Shown here: piece after piece, positions 29,101 through 42,500 of the stretch | How positions within the stretch are numbered: the first letter of the stretch is position 1 | Layout of the letters: every line of letters begins with the position of its first letter | Assembly: GCA_964016885.1 (NCBI GenBank) | Contig: OZ024744.1 | Coordinates: forward strand, 124,124,001 to 124,188,000 | Origin: Eledone cirrhosa | Lineage: Eukaryota | DNA length: 64,000 bases | Direction: 5' to 3' | Position numbers and translations under genes: made by a program | Notes under the pieces: generated by a model | Databases searched by the model: none | Told to the model about the DNA's origin: nothing | The model's input: only the letters and a program-made list of their open reading frames with translations

Positions 29101-32100
29101 AACCCATGACAGGTAGGACAATAGTCTGTAATAACTTGTCCAACCCATGTATGTAGGACAATAGTCTGTAATAACTTGTCCAACCCATGACAGGTAGGAC
29201 AATAGTCTGTAATAACTTGTCCAACCCATGTATGTAGGACAATAGTCTGTAATAACTTGTCCAACCCATGACAGGTAGGACAATAGTCTGTAATAACTTG
29301 TCCAACCCATGACATGTAGGACAATAGTCTGTAATAACTTGTCCAACCCATGACAGGTAGAACAATAGTCTGTAATAACTTGTCCAACCCATGACAGGTA
29401 GGACAATAGTCTGTAATAACTTGTCCAACCCATGTATGTAGGACAATAGTCTGTAATAACTTGTCCAACCCATGACAGGTAGGACAATAGTCTGTAATAA
29501 CTTGTCCAACCCATGACAGGTAGGACAATAGTCTGTAATAACTTGTCCAACCCATGTATGTAGGACAATAGTCTGTAATAACTTGTCCAACCCATGACAG
29601 GTAGGACAATAGTCTGTAATAACTTGTCCAACCCATGTATGTAGGACAATAGTCTGTAATAACTTGTCCAACCGATGACAGGTAGGACAATAGTCTGTAA
29701 TAACTTGTCCAACCCATGACAGGTAGGACAATAGTCTGTAATAACTTGTCCAACCCATGTATGTACGACAATAGTCTGTAATAACTTGCCTAACCCATGT
29801 ATGTAGGACAATAGTCTGTAATAACTTATCCAACCCATGTATGTAGGACAATAGTCTGTAATAACTTGTCCAACCCATGACAGGTAGGACAATAGTCTGT
29901 AATAACTTGTCCAACCCATGTATGCAGGACAATAGTCTGTAATAACTTATCCAACCCATGACAGGTAGGACAATAGTCTGTAATAACTTATCCAACCCAT
30001 GAGAGGTAGGGCAATAGTCTGTAATAACTTGTCGAACCCATGTATGCAGGACAATAGTCTGTAATAACTTGTCCAACCCATGACAGCTAGGACAGTAGTC
30101 TGTAATAACTTGTCCAACCCATGACAGGTAGGACAATAGTCTGTAATAACTTGTCCAACCCATGACATGTAGGACAATAGTCTGTAATAACTTGTCCAAC
30201 CCATGACAGGTAGGACAATAGTCTGTAATAATTTGTCCAACCCATGTATGTAGGACAATAGTCTGTAATAACTTGTCCAACCCATGCCAGGTAGGACAAT
30301 AGTCTGTAATAACTTGTCCAACCGATGACAGGTAAGACAATAGTCTGTAATAACTTGTCCAACCCATGACAGCTAGGACAATAGTCTGTAATAACTTGTC
30401 CAACCCATGACAGGTAGGGCAATAGTCTGTAATAACTTGTCCAACCCATGACAGGTAGGACAATAGTCTGTAATAACTTGTCCAACCCATGTATGTAGGA
30501 CAATAGTCTGTAATAACTTGTCCAACCCATGACAGCTAGGACAATAGTCTGTAATAACTTGTCTAACCCATGTATGTAGGACAATAGTCTGTAATAACTT
30601 GTCCAACCCATGTATGTAGGACAATAGTCTGTAATAACTCGTCCAACCCATGTGTGTAGGACAATAGTCTGTAATAACATGTCCAACCCATGACAGGTAA
30701 GACAATATTCTGTAATAACTTGTCCAACCCATGACAGGTCCAACCCATGACAGGTAGGGCAATAGTCTGTAATAACTTGTCCAACCCATGACAGGTAGGA
30801 CAATAGTCTGTAATAACTTGTCCAACCCATGTATGTAGGACAATAGTCTGTAATAACTTGTCCAACCCATGACAGCTAGGACAATAGTCTGTAATAACTT
30901 GTCTAACCCATGTATGTAGGACAATAGTCTGTAATAACTTGTCCAACCCATGTATGTAGGACAATAGTCTGTAATAACTCGTCCAACCCATGTGTGTAGG
31001 ACAATAGTCTGTAATAACTTGTCCAACCCATGACAGGTAAGACAATATTCTGTAATAACTTGTCCAACCCATGTATGTAAGACAATAGTCTGTAATAACT
31101 TGTCCAACCCATGACAGGTAGTACAATAGTCTGTAATAACTTGTCCAACCCATGACAGGTAGGACAATAGTCTGTAATACCTTGTCCAACCAATGACAGG
31201 TAGGAAAATAGTCTGTAATAACTTGTCCAACCCATGACAGGTAGAACAATAGTCTGTAATACCCTGTCCAACCAATGACAGGTAGGACAATAGTCTGTAA
31301 TAACTTGTCCAACCCATGTATGTAGGACAATAGTCTTTAATAACTTGTCCAACCCATGTATGTAGGACAATAGCCTGTAATAACTTGTCCAACCCATGAC
31401 AGGTAGTACAATAGTCTGTAATAATTTGTCCAACCCATGTATGTAGGTCAATAGCCTGTAATAACTTGTCCAACCTATGACAGGTAGGACAATAGTCTGT
31501 AATAACTTGCCCAACCCATGACAGGTAGGACAATAGTGTGTAATAACTTGTCCAACCCATGACAGGTAGGACAATAGTCTTTAATAACTTGTACAACCCA
31601 TGATAGGTAGGACAATAGTCTGTAATAACTTGTCCAACCCATGACAGGTAGGACAATAGTCTGTAATAACTTGTCCAACACATGTATTTAGGACAATAGT
31701 CTGTAATAACTTGTCCAACCCATGACAGGTAAGACAATATTCTGTAATAACTTGTCCAACCCATGACAGGTAGGACAATAGTCTGTAATAACTTGTCCAA
31801 CCCATGACAGCTAGGACAATAGTCTGTAATAACTTGTCCAACCCATGACAGGTAGGACAATAGTCTGTAATAACTTGTCCAACCCATGACATGTAGGACA
31901 ATAGTCTGCAATAACTTGTCCAACCCATGACAGGTAGGACAATAGTCTGTAATAACTTGTCCAACCCATGTATGTAGGACAATAGTCTGTAATAAACTGT
32001 CCAACCCATGACAGGTAGGACAATAGTCTGTAATAACTTGTCCAACCCATGACAGGTAGGACAATAATCTGTAATAACTTGTCTAACCCATGTATGTAGG

Positions 32101-32415
32101 ACAATAGTCTGTAATAACTTGTCCAAGCCATGTATGTAGGACAATAGTCTGTAATAACTTGTCCAACCCATGACAGGTAGAACAATAGTCTGTAATAACT
32201 TGTCCAACCCATGACAGGTAGGACAATAGTCTGTAATAACTTGTCCAACCCATGTATGTAGGACAATAGTCTGTAATAACTTGTCCAACCCATGACAGGT
32301 AGGACAATAGTCTGTAATAACTTGTCCAACCCATGTATGTAGGACAATAGTCTGTAATAACTTGTCCAACCCATGACAGGTAGGACAATAGTCTGTAATA
32401 ACTTGTCCAACCCAT
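26150..32415. repeat. Near-identical tandem duplication of a 3105-bp unit
   Basis: Matches at +3105: 26842/29947, 27268/30373, 27623/30728, 28476/31581, 28978/32083. Both copies share the variants AATAAACTG and CAACACATG. Confidence 0.92.
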
Positions 32416-33549
32416 GTATGTAGGACAATAGTCTGTAATAACTTGTCCAACCGATGACAGGTAGGACACTAGTCTGTAATAACTTGTCCAACCCATGACA
32501 GGTAGGACAATAGTCTGTAATAACTTGTCCAACCCATGTATGTACGACAATAGTCTGTAATAACTTGCCTAACCGATGTATGTAGGACAATAGTCTATAA
32601 TAACTTGTCCAACCCATGTATGTAGGACAATAGTCTGTAATAACTTGTCCAACCCATGACAGGTAGGACAATAGTCTGTAATACCTCGTCCAACCCATGA
32701 CAGGTTGGACAATAGTCTGTAATACCTCGTCCAACCCATGAGATGTAGGGCAATAGTCTGTAATAACTTGTCCAACCCATGTATGTAGGACAATAGTCTG
32801 TAATAACTTGTCCAACCCATGACAGGTAGGACAATAGTCTGTAATAACTTGTCCAACCCATGTATGCAGGACAATAGTCTGTAATAACTTATCCAACCCA
32901 TGACAGGTAGGACAATAGTCTGTAATAACTTATCCAACCCATGAGAGGTAGGGCAATAGTCTGTAATAACTTGTCGAACCCATGTATGCAGGACAATAGT
33001 CTGTAATAACTTGTCCAACCCATGACAGCTAGGACAGTAGTCTGTAATAACTTGTCCAACCCATGACAGGTAGGACAATAGTCTGTAATAACTTGTCCAA
33101 CCCATGACATGTAGGACAATAGTCTGTAATAACTTGTCCAACCCATGACAGGTAGGACAATAGTCTGTAATAATTTGTCCAACCCATGTATGTAGGACAA
33201 TAGTCTGTAATAACTTGTCCAACCCATGCCAGGTAGGACAATAGTCTGTAATAACTTGTCCAACCGATGACAGGTAAGACAATAGTCTGTAATAACTTGT
33301 CCAACCCATGACAGCTAGGACAATAGTCTGTAATAACTTGTCCAACCCATGACAGGTAGGGCAATAGTCTGTAATAACTTGTCCAACCCATGACAGGTAG
33401 GACAATAGTCTGTAATAACTTGTCCAACCCATGTATGTAGGACAATAGTCTGTAATAACTTGTCCAACCCATGACAGCTAGGACAATAGTCTGTAATAAC
33501 TTGTCTAACCCATGTATGTAGGACAATAGTCTGTAATAACTTGTCCAAC

Positions 33550-36500
33550 CCATGTATGTAGGACAATAGTCTGTAATAACTTGTCCAACCCATGTGTGTA
33601 GGACAATAGTCTGTAATAACTTGTCCAACCCATGACAGGTAAGACAATATTCTGTAATAACTTGTCCAACCCATGACAGGTCCAACCCATGACAGGTAGG
33701 GCAATAGTCTGTAATAACTTGTCCAACCCATGACAGGTAGGACAATAGTCTGTAATAACTTGTCCAACCCATGTATGTAGGACAATAGTCTGTAATAACT
33801 TGTCCAACCCATGACAGCTAGGACAATAGTCTGTAATAACTTGTCTAACCCATGTATGTAGGACAATAGTCTGTAATAACTTGTCCAACCCATGTATGTA
33901 GGACAATAGTCTGTAATAACTCGTCCAACCCATGTGTGTAGGACAATAGTCTGTAATAACTTGTCCAACCCATGACAGGTAAGACAATATTCTGTAATAA
34001 CTTGTCCAACCCATGTATGTAAGACAATAGTCTGTAATAACTTGTCCAACCCATGACAGGTAGTACAATAGTCTGTAATAACTTGTCCAACCCATGACAG
34101 GTAGGACAATAGTCTGTAATACCTTGTCCAACCAATGACAGGTAGGAAAATAGTCTGTAATGACTTGTCCAACCCATGACAGGTAGAACAATAGTCTGTA
34201 ATACCCTGTCCAACCAATGACAGGTAGGACAATAGTCTGTAATAACTTGTCCAACCCATGTATGTAGGACAATAGTCTTTAATAACTTGTCCAACCCATG
34301 TATGTAGGACAATAGCCTGTAATAACTTGTCCAACCCATGACAGGTAGTACAATAGTCTGTAATAATTTGTCCAACCCATGTATGTAGGTCAATAGCCTG
34401 TAATAACTTGTCCAACCTATGACAGGTAGGACAATAGTCTGTAATAACTTGCCCAACCCATGACAGGTAGGACAATAGTGTGTAATAACTTGTCCAACCC
34501 ATGACAGGTAGGACAATAGTCTTTAATAACTTGTACAACCCATGATAGGTAGGACAATAGTCTGTAATAACTTGTCCAACCCATGACAGGTAGGACAATA
34601 GTCTGTAATAACTTGTCCAACCCATGTATTTAGGACAATAGTCTGTAATAACTTGTCCAACCCATGACAGGTAAGACAATATTCTGTAATAACTTGTCCA
34701 ACCCATGACAGGTAGGACAATAGTCTGTAATAACTTGTCCAACCCATGACAGCTAGGACAATAGTCTGTAATAACTTGTCCAACCCATGACAGGTAGGAC
34801 AATAGTCTGTAATAACTTGTCCAACCCATGACATGTAGGACAATAGTCTGCAATAACTTGTCCAACCCATGACAGGTAGGACAATAGTCTGTAATAACTT
34901 GTCCAACCCATGTATGTAGGACAATAGTCTGTAATAAATTGTCCAACCCATGACAGGTAGGACAATAGTCTGTAATAACTTGTCCAACCCATGACAGGTA
35001 GGACAATAATCTGTAATAACTTGTCTAACCCATGTATGTAGGACAATAGTCTGTAATAACTTGTCCAAGCCATGTATGTAGGACAATAGTCTGTAATAAC
35101 TTGTCCAACCCATGTATGTAGGACAATAGTCTGTAATAACTTGTCCAACCCATGTATGTAGGACAATAGTCTGTAATAACTTGTCCAACCCATGACAGGT
35201 AGGACAATAGTCTGTAATAACTTGTCCAACCCATGTATGTAGGACAATAGTCTGTAATAACTTGTCCAACCCATGACAGGTAGGACAATGGTCTGTAATA
35301 ACTTGGCCAACCCATGACAGGTAGGACAATAGTCTGTAATAACTTGTCCAACCCATGTATGTAGGACAATAGTCTGTAATAATTTGTCCAACCCATGACA
35401 GGTAAGACAATACTCTGTAATAACTTGTCGAACCCATGACAGGTAGGACAATAGTCTGTAATAACTCGTCCAACCCATGTATGTAGGACAAATGTCTGTA
35501 ATAACTTGTCCAACCCATGACAGGTAAGACAATATTCTGTAATAACTTGTCCAACCCATGTATGTAAGACAATATTCTGTAATAACTTGTCCAACCCAAT
35601 TCAGGTAGGACAATAGTCTAATAACTTGTCCAACTCATGACAGGTAGGACAATAGTCTGTAATAACTTGTCCAACCCATGTATTTAGGACAATAGTCTGT
35701 AATAACTTGTCCAAGCCATGACAGGTAGGACAATAGTCTGTAATAACTTGGCCAACCCATGACAGGTAGGACAATAGTCTGTAATACCTTGTCCAACCAA
35801 TGACGGGTAGGACAATAGTCTGTAACAACTTGTCCAACCCATGTATGTAGGACAATACTCTGTAATAACTTGCCCAACCCATGTATGTAGGACAATAGTC
35901 TGTAATAACTTGTCCAACCCATGACAGGTAGGACAATAGTCTGTAATAACTTGTCCATCCCACGACAGGTAGGACAATAGTCTGTAATAACTTGTCCAAC
36001 CCATGACAGCTAGGACAATAGTCTGTAATAACTTGTCCAACCCATGACAGGTAGGACAATAGTCTGTAATAACTTGTCCAACCCATGACATGTAGGACAA
36101 TAGTCTGTAATAACTTGTCCAACCCATGACAGGTAGGACAATAGTCTGTAATAACTTGTCCAACCCATGTATGCAGGACAATAGTCTGTAATAAATTGTC
36201 CAACCCATGACAGGTAGGACAATAGTCTGTAATAACTTGTCCAACCCATGACAGGTAGGACAATAATCTGTAATAACTTGTCTAACCCATGTATGTAGGA
36301 TAATAGTCTGTAATAACTTGTCCAACCCATGCATGTAGGACAATAGTCTGTAATAACTTGTCCAACCCATGTATGTAGGACAATAGTCTGTAATAACTTG
36401 TCCAACCCATGTATGTAGGACAATAGTCTGTAATAACTTGTCCAACCCATGACAGGTAAGACAATATTCTGTAATAACTTGTCCAACCCATGTATGTAAG

Positions 36501-39500
36501 ACAATAGTCTGTAATAACTTGTCCAACCCATGACAGGTAGTACAATAGTCTGTAATATCTTGTCCAACCCATGACAGGTAGGACAATAGTCTGTAATACC
36601 TTGTCCAACCAATGACAGGTAGGAAAATAGTCTGTAATAACTTGTCCAACCCATGACAGGTAGGACAATAGTCTGTAATACCTTGTCCAACCAATGACAG
36701 GTAGGACAATAGTCTGTAATAACTTGTCCAACCCATGTATGTAGGACAATAGTCTTTAATAACTTGTCCAACCCATGTATGTAGGACAATAGCCTGTAAT
36801 AACTTGTCCAACCCATGACAGGTAGTACAATAGTCTGTAATAATTTGTCCAACCCATGTATGTAGGTCAATAGCCTGTAAAAACTTGTCCAACCTATGAC
36901 AGGTAGGACAATAGTCTGTAAAAACTTGCCCAACCCATGACAGGTAGGACAATAGTGTGTAATAACTTGTCCAACCCATGACAGGTAGGACAATAGTCGG
37001 TAATAACTTGTCCAACCCATGTATGTAGGACAATAGTCGGTAATAACTTGTCCAACCCATGACAGGTAGGACAATAGTCTGTAATAACTTGTCCAACCCA
37101 TGACGGCTAGGACAATAGTCTGTAATAACTTGTCCAACCCATGTATGTAGGACAATAGTCTGTAATAACTTGTCCAACCCATGTATGTACGACAATAGTG
37201 TGTAATAACTTGTCCATCCCATGACAGGTAGGACAATAGTCTGTAATAACTTGTCCAACCCATCTATGTAGGACAATAGTCTGTAATAACTTGTCAAACC
37301 CATGACAGGTAGGACAATAGTCTGTAATAACTTGGCCAACCCATGACAGGTAGGACAATAGTCTGTAATAACTTGTCCAACCCATGACAGGTAGGACAAT
37401 AGTCTGTAATAACTTGTCCAACCCATGTATGTAGGACAATAGTCTGTAATAACTTGTCCAACCCATGACAGGTAAGACAATACTCTGTAATAACTTGTCG
37501 AACCCATGACAGGTAGGACAATAGTCTGTAATAACTCGTCCAACCCATGTATGTAGGACAAATGTCTGTAATAACTTGTCCAACCCATGACAGGTAAGAC
37601 AATATTCTGTAATAACTTGTCCAACCCATGACAGGTAGGACAATAGTCTGTAAAAACTCGTCCAACCCATGTATGTAGGACAATAGTCTGTAATAACTTG
37701 TCCAACCCATGACAGGTAAGACAATATTCTGTAATAACTCGTCCAACCCATGTATGTAAGACAATAGTCTGTAATAACTTGTCCAACCCAATTCAGGTAG
37801 GACAATAGTCTAATAACTTGTCCAACTCATGACAGGTAGGACAATAGTCTGTAATAACTTGTCCAACCCATGTATTTAGGACAATAGTCTGTAATAACTT
37901 GTCCAAGCCATGACAGGTAGGACAATAGTCTGTAATAACTTGTCCAACCCATGACAGGTAGGACAATAGTCTGTAATACCTTGTCCAACCAATGACAGGT
38001 AGGACAATAGTCTGTAACAACTTGTCCAACCCATGTATGTAGGACAATACTCTGTAATAACTTGCCCAACCCATGTTTGTAGGACAATAGTCTGTAATAA
38101 CTTGTCCAACCCATGACAGGTAGGACAATAGTCTGTAATAACTTGTCCATCCCATGACAGGTAGGACAATAGTCTGTAATAACTTGTCCAACCCATGACA
38201 GCTAGGACAATAGTCTGTAATAACTTGTCCAACCCATGACAGGTAGGACAATAGTCTGTAATAACTTGTCCAACCCATGACATGTAGGACAATAGTCTGT
38301 AATAACTTGTCCAACCCATGACAGGTAGGACAATAGTCTGTAATAACTTATCGAACCCATGTATGTAGGACAATAGTCTGTAATAAATTGTCCAACCCAT
38401 GACAGGTAGGACAATAGTCTGTAATAACTTGTCCAACCCATGACAGGTAGGACAATAATCTGTAATATCTTGTCTAACCCATGTATGTAGGACAATAGTC
38501 TGTAATAACTTCTCCAACCCATGCATGTAGGACAATAGTCTGTAATAACTTGTCCAACCCATGTATGTAGGATAATAGTCTGTAATAACTTGTCCAACCC
38601 ATGACAGGTAGGACAATAGTCTGTAATAACTTGTCCATCCCATGACAGGTAGGACAATAGTCTGTAATAACTTGTCCAACCCATGACAGCTAGGACAATA
38701 GTCTGTAATAACTTGTCCAACCCATGACAGGTAGGACAATAGTCTGTAATAACTTGTCCAACCCATGACATGTAGGACAATAGTCAGTAATAACTTGTCG
38801 AACCCATGACAGGTAGGACAATAGTCTGTAATAACTTGTCGAACCCATGTATGTAGGACAATAGTCTGTAATAAATTGTCCAACCCATGACAAGTAGGAC
38901 AATAGTCTGTAATAACTTGTACAACCCATGACAGGTAGGACAATAATCTGTAATAACTTGTCTAACCAATGACAGGTTGGACAATAGTCTGTAATAACTT
39001 GTCCAACCCATGTATGTAGGACAATAGTCTGTAATAACTTGTCCAACCCATGAAAGGTAGGTCAATAGTCTGTAATAACTTGTCCAACCCATGTATGTAG
39101 GACAATAGTCTGTAATAACTTGTCCAACCCATGTATGTAGGACAATAGTCTGTAATAACTTGCCCAACCCATGACAGGTAGGACAATAGTCTGTAATAAC
39201 TTGTCCAACCCATGACAGGTAGGACAATAGTCGGTAATAACTTGTCCAACCCATGACAAGTAGGACAATAGTCTGTAATAACTTGTACAACCCATGACAG
39301 GTAGGACAATAGTCTGTAATAACTTGTTCAACCCATGACAGGTAGGACAATAGTCTGTAATAACTTGTCCAACCCATGACAGCTAGGACAATAGTCTGTA
39401 ATAACTTGTCCAACCCATGTATGTAGGACAATAGTCTGTAATAACTTGTCCAACCCATGTATGTAGGACAATAGTCTGTAATAACTTGTCCAACCCATGT

Positions 39501-42500
39501 ATGTAGGACAATAGTCTGTAATACCTCGTCCAACCCATGACAGGTAGGACAATAGTCTGTAATAACTTGTCCAACCCATGACAGGTAGGACAATAGTCTG
39601 TAATAACTTGGCCAACCCATGACAGGTAGGACAATAGTCTGTAATAACTTGTCCAACCCATGACAGGTAGGACAATAGTCTGTAATAACTCGTCCAACCC
39701 ATGTATGTAGGACAATAGTCTGTAATAACTTGTCCAACCCATGACAGGTAAGACAATATTCTGTAATAACTTGTCCAACCCATGTATGTAAGACAATAGT
39801 CTGTAATAACTTGTCCAACCCAATTCAGGTAGGACAATAGTCTAATAACTTGCCCAACTCATGACAGGTAGGACAATAGTCTGTAATAACTTGTCCAACC
39901 CATGTATTTAGGACAATAGTCTGTAATAACTTGTCCAAGCCATGACAGGTAGGACAATAGTCTGTAATAACTTGTGCAACCCATGACAGGTAGGACAATA
40001 GTCTGTAATACCATGTCCAACCAATGACAGGTAGGACAATAGTCTGTAATAACTTGTCCAACCCATGACAGCTAGGACAATAGTCTGTAATAACTTGTCC
40101 AACCCATGACAGTTAGGACAATAGTCTGTAATAACTTGTCCAACCCATGACATGTAGGACAATAGTCTGTAATAACTTGTCCAACCCATGACAGGTAGGA
40201 CAATAGTCTGTAATAACTTGTCCAACCCATGACATGTAGGACAATAGTCTGTAATAACTTGTCTAACCCATGTATGTAGGACAATAGTCTGTAATAACTT
40301 GTCCAACCCATGCATGTAGGACAATAGTCTGTAATAACTTGTCCAACCCATGTATGTAGGACAATAGTCCGTAATAACTTGTCCAACCCATGACAGGTAG
40401 GACAATAGTCTGTAATAACTTGTCCAACCCATGTATGTAGGACAATAGTCTGTAATAACTTGTCCAACCCATGACAGGTAAGACAATACTCTGTAATAAC
40501 TTGTCGAACCCATGACAGGTAGGACAATAGTCTGTAATAACTCGTCCAACCCATGTATGTAGGACAAATGTCTGTAATAACTTGTCCAACCCATGACAGG
40601 TAAGACAATATTCTGTAATAACTTGTCCAACCCATGACAGGTAGGACAATAGTCTGTAAAAACTCGTCCAACCCATGTATGTAGGACAATAGTCTGTAAT
40701 AACTTGTCCAACCCATGACAGGTAAGACAATATTCTGTAATAACTCGTCCAACCCATGTATGTAAGACAATAGTCTGTAATAACTTGTCCAACCCAATTC
40801 AGGTAGGACAATAGTCTAATAACTTGTCCAACTCATGACAGGTAGGACAATAGTCTGTAATAACTTGTCCAACCCATGTATTTAGGACAATAGTCTGTAA
40901 TAACTTGTCCAAGCCATGACAGGTAGGACAATAGTCTGTAATAACTTGTCCAACCCATGACAGGTAGGACAATAGTCTGTAATACCTTGTCCAACCAATG
41001 ACAGGTAGGACAATAGTCTGTAACAACTTGTCCAACCCATGTATGTAGGACAATACTCTGTAATAACTTGCCCAACCCATGTATGTAGGACAATAGTCTG
41101 TAATAACTTGTCCAACCCATGACAGGTAGGACAATAGTCTGTAATAACTTGTCCATCCCATGACAGGTAGGACAATAGTCTGTAATAACTTGTCCAACCC
41201 ATGACAGCTAGGACAATAGTCTGTAATAACTTGTCCAACCCATGACAGGTAGGACAATAGTCTGTAATAACTTGTCCAACCCATGACATGTAGGACAATA
41301 GTCTGTAATAACTTGTCCAACCCATGACAGGTAGGACAATAGTCTGTAATAACTTATCGAACCCATGTATGTAGGACAATAGTCTGTAATAAATTGTCCA
41401 ACCCATGACAGGTAGGACAATAGTCTGTAATAACTTGTCCAACCCATGACAGGTAGGACAATAATCTGTAATATCTTGTCTAACCCATGTATGTAGGACA
41501 ATAGTCTGTAATAACTTCTCCAACCCATGCATGTAGGACAATAGTCTGTAATAACTTGTCCAACCCATGTATGTAGGATAATAGTCTGTAATAACTTGTC
41601 CAACCCATGACAGGTAGGACAATAGTCTGTAATAACTTGTCCATCCCATGACAGGTAGGACAATAGTCTGTAATAACTTGTCCAACCCATGACAGCTAGG
41701 ACAATAGTCTGTAATAACTTGTCCAACCCATGACAGGTAGGACAATAGTCTGTAATAACTTGTCCAACCCATGACATGTAGGACAATAGTCAGTAATAAC
41801 TTGTCGAACCCATGACAGGTAGGACAATAGTCTGTAATAACTTGTCGAACCCATGTATGTAGGACAATAGTCTGTAATAAATTGTCCAACCCATGACAAG
41901 TAGGACAATAGTCTGTAATAACTTGTACAACCCATGACAGGTAGGACAATAATCTGTAATAACTTGTCTAACCAATGACAGGTTGGACAATAGTCTGTAA
42001 TAACTTGTCCAACCCATGTATGTAGGACAATAGTCTGTAATAACTTGTCCAACCCATGAAAGGTAGGTCAATAGTCTGTAATAACTTGTCCAACCCATGT
42101 ATGTAGGACAATAGTCTGTAATAACTTGTCCAACCCATGACATGTAGGACAATAGTCTGTAATAACTTGTCCAACCCATGACAGGTAGGACAATAGTCTG
42201 TAATACCTTGTCCAACCAATGACAGGTAGGAGAATAGTCTGTAATAACTTGTCCAACCCATAACAGGTAGGACAATAGTCTGTAATACCATGTCCAACCA
42301 ATGACAGGTAGGATGATAGTCTGTAATAACTTGTCCAACCCATGTATGTAGGACAATAGTCTGTAATAACTTGTCCAACCCATGTATGTAGGACAATAGT
42401 CTGTAATAACTTGCCCAACCCATGACAGGTAGGACAATAGTCTGTAATAACTTGTCCAACCCATGACAGGTAGGACAATAGTCGGTAATAACTTGTCCAA

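Larger units (their letters stand above)
22700..35590. repeat. Higher-order repeat domain 2: about 3-4-kb units marked by a 16-bp truncated monomer
   Basis: CCCATGACAGGTCCAA occurs at 23670, 27623, 30728 and 33670 (spacings 3953, 3105, 2942). Associated variants are CTTATCC, ATGAGAGGTAGGGC, GACAGTAG, ATGCCAGG and GTGTGTAGG. There is no 39-bp landmark between 25.0 and 35.6 kb. Confidence 0.88.

Noticed and set aside
22840-34400. Exactly 10,000-bp offset between 22.9-24.4 kb and 32.9-34.4 kb as a copy-paste or assembly artefact
   Set aside because: The offset is the sum of natural unit lengths 3953+3105+2942, and the copies differ (22862 A/G, 23582 C/T, 24114 T/C, 24152 A/G). It is most likely a numerical coincidence.
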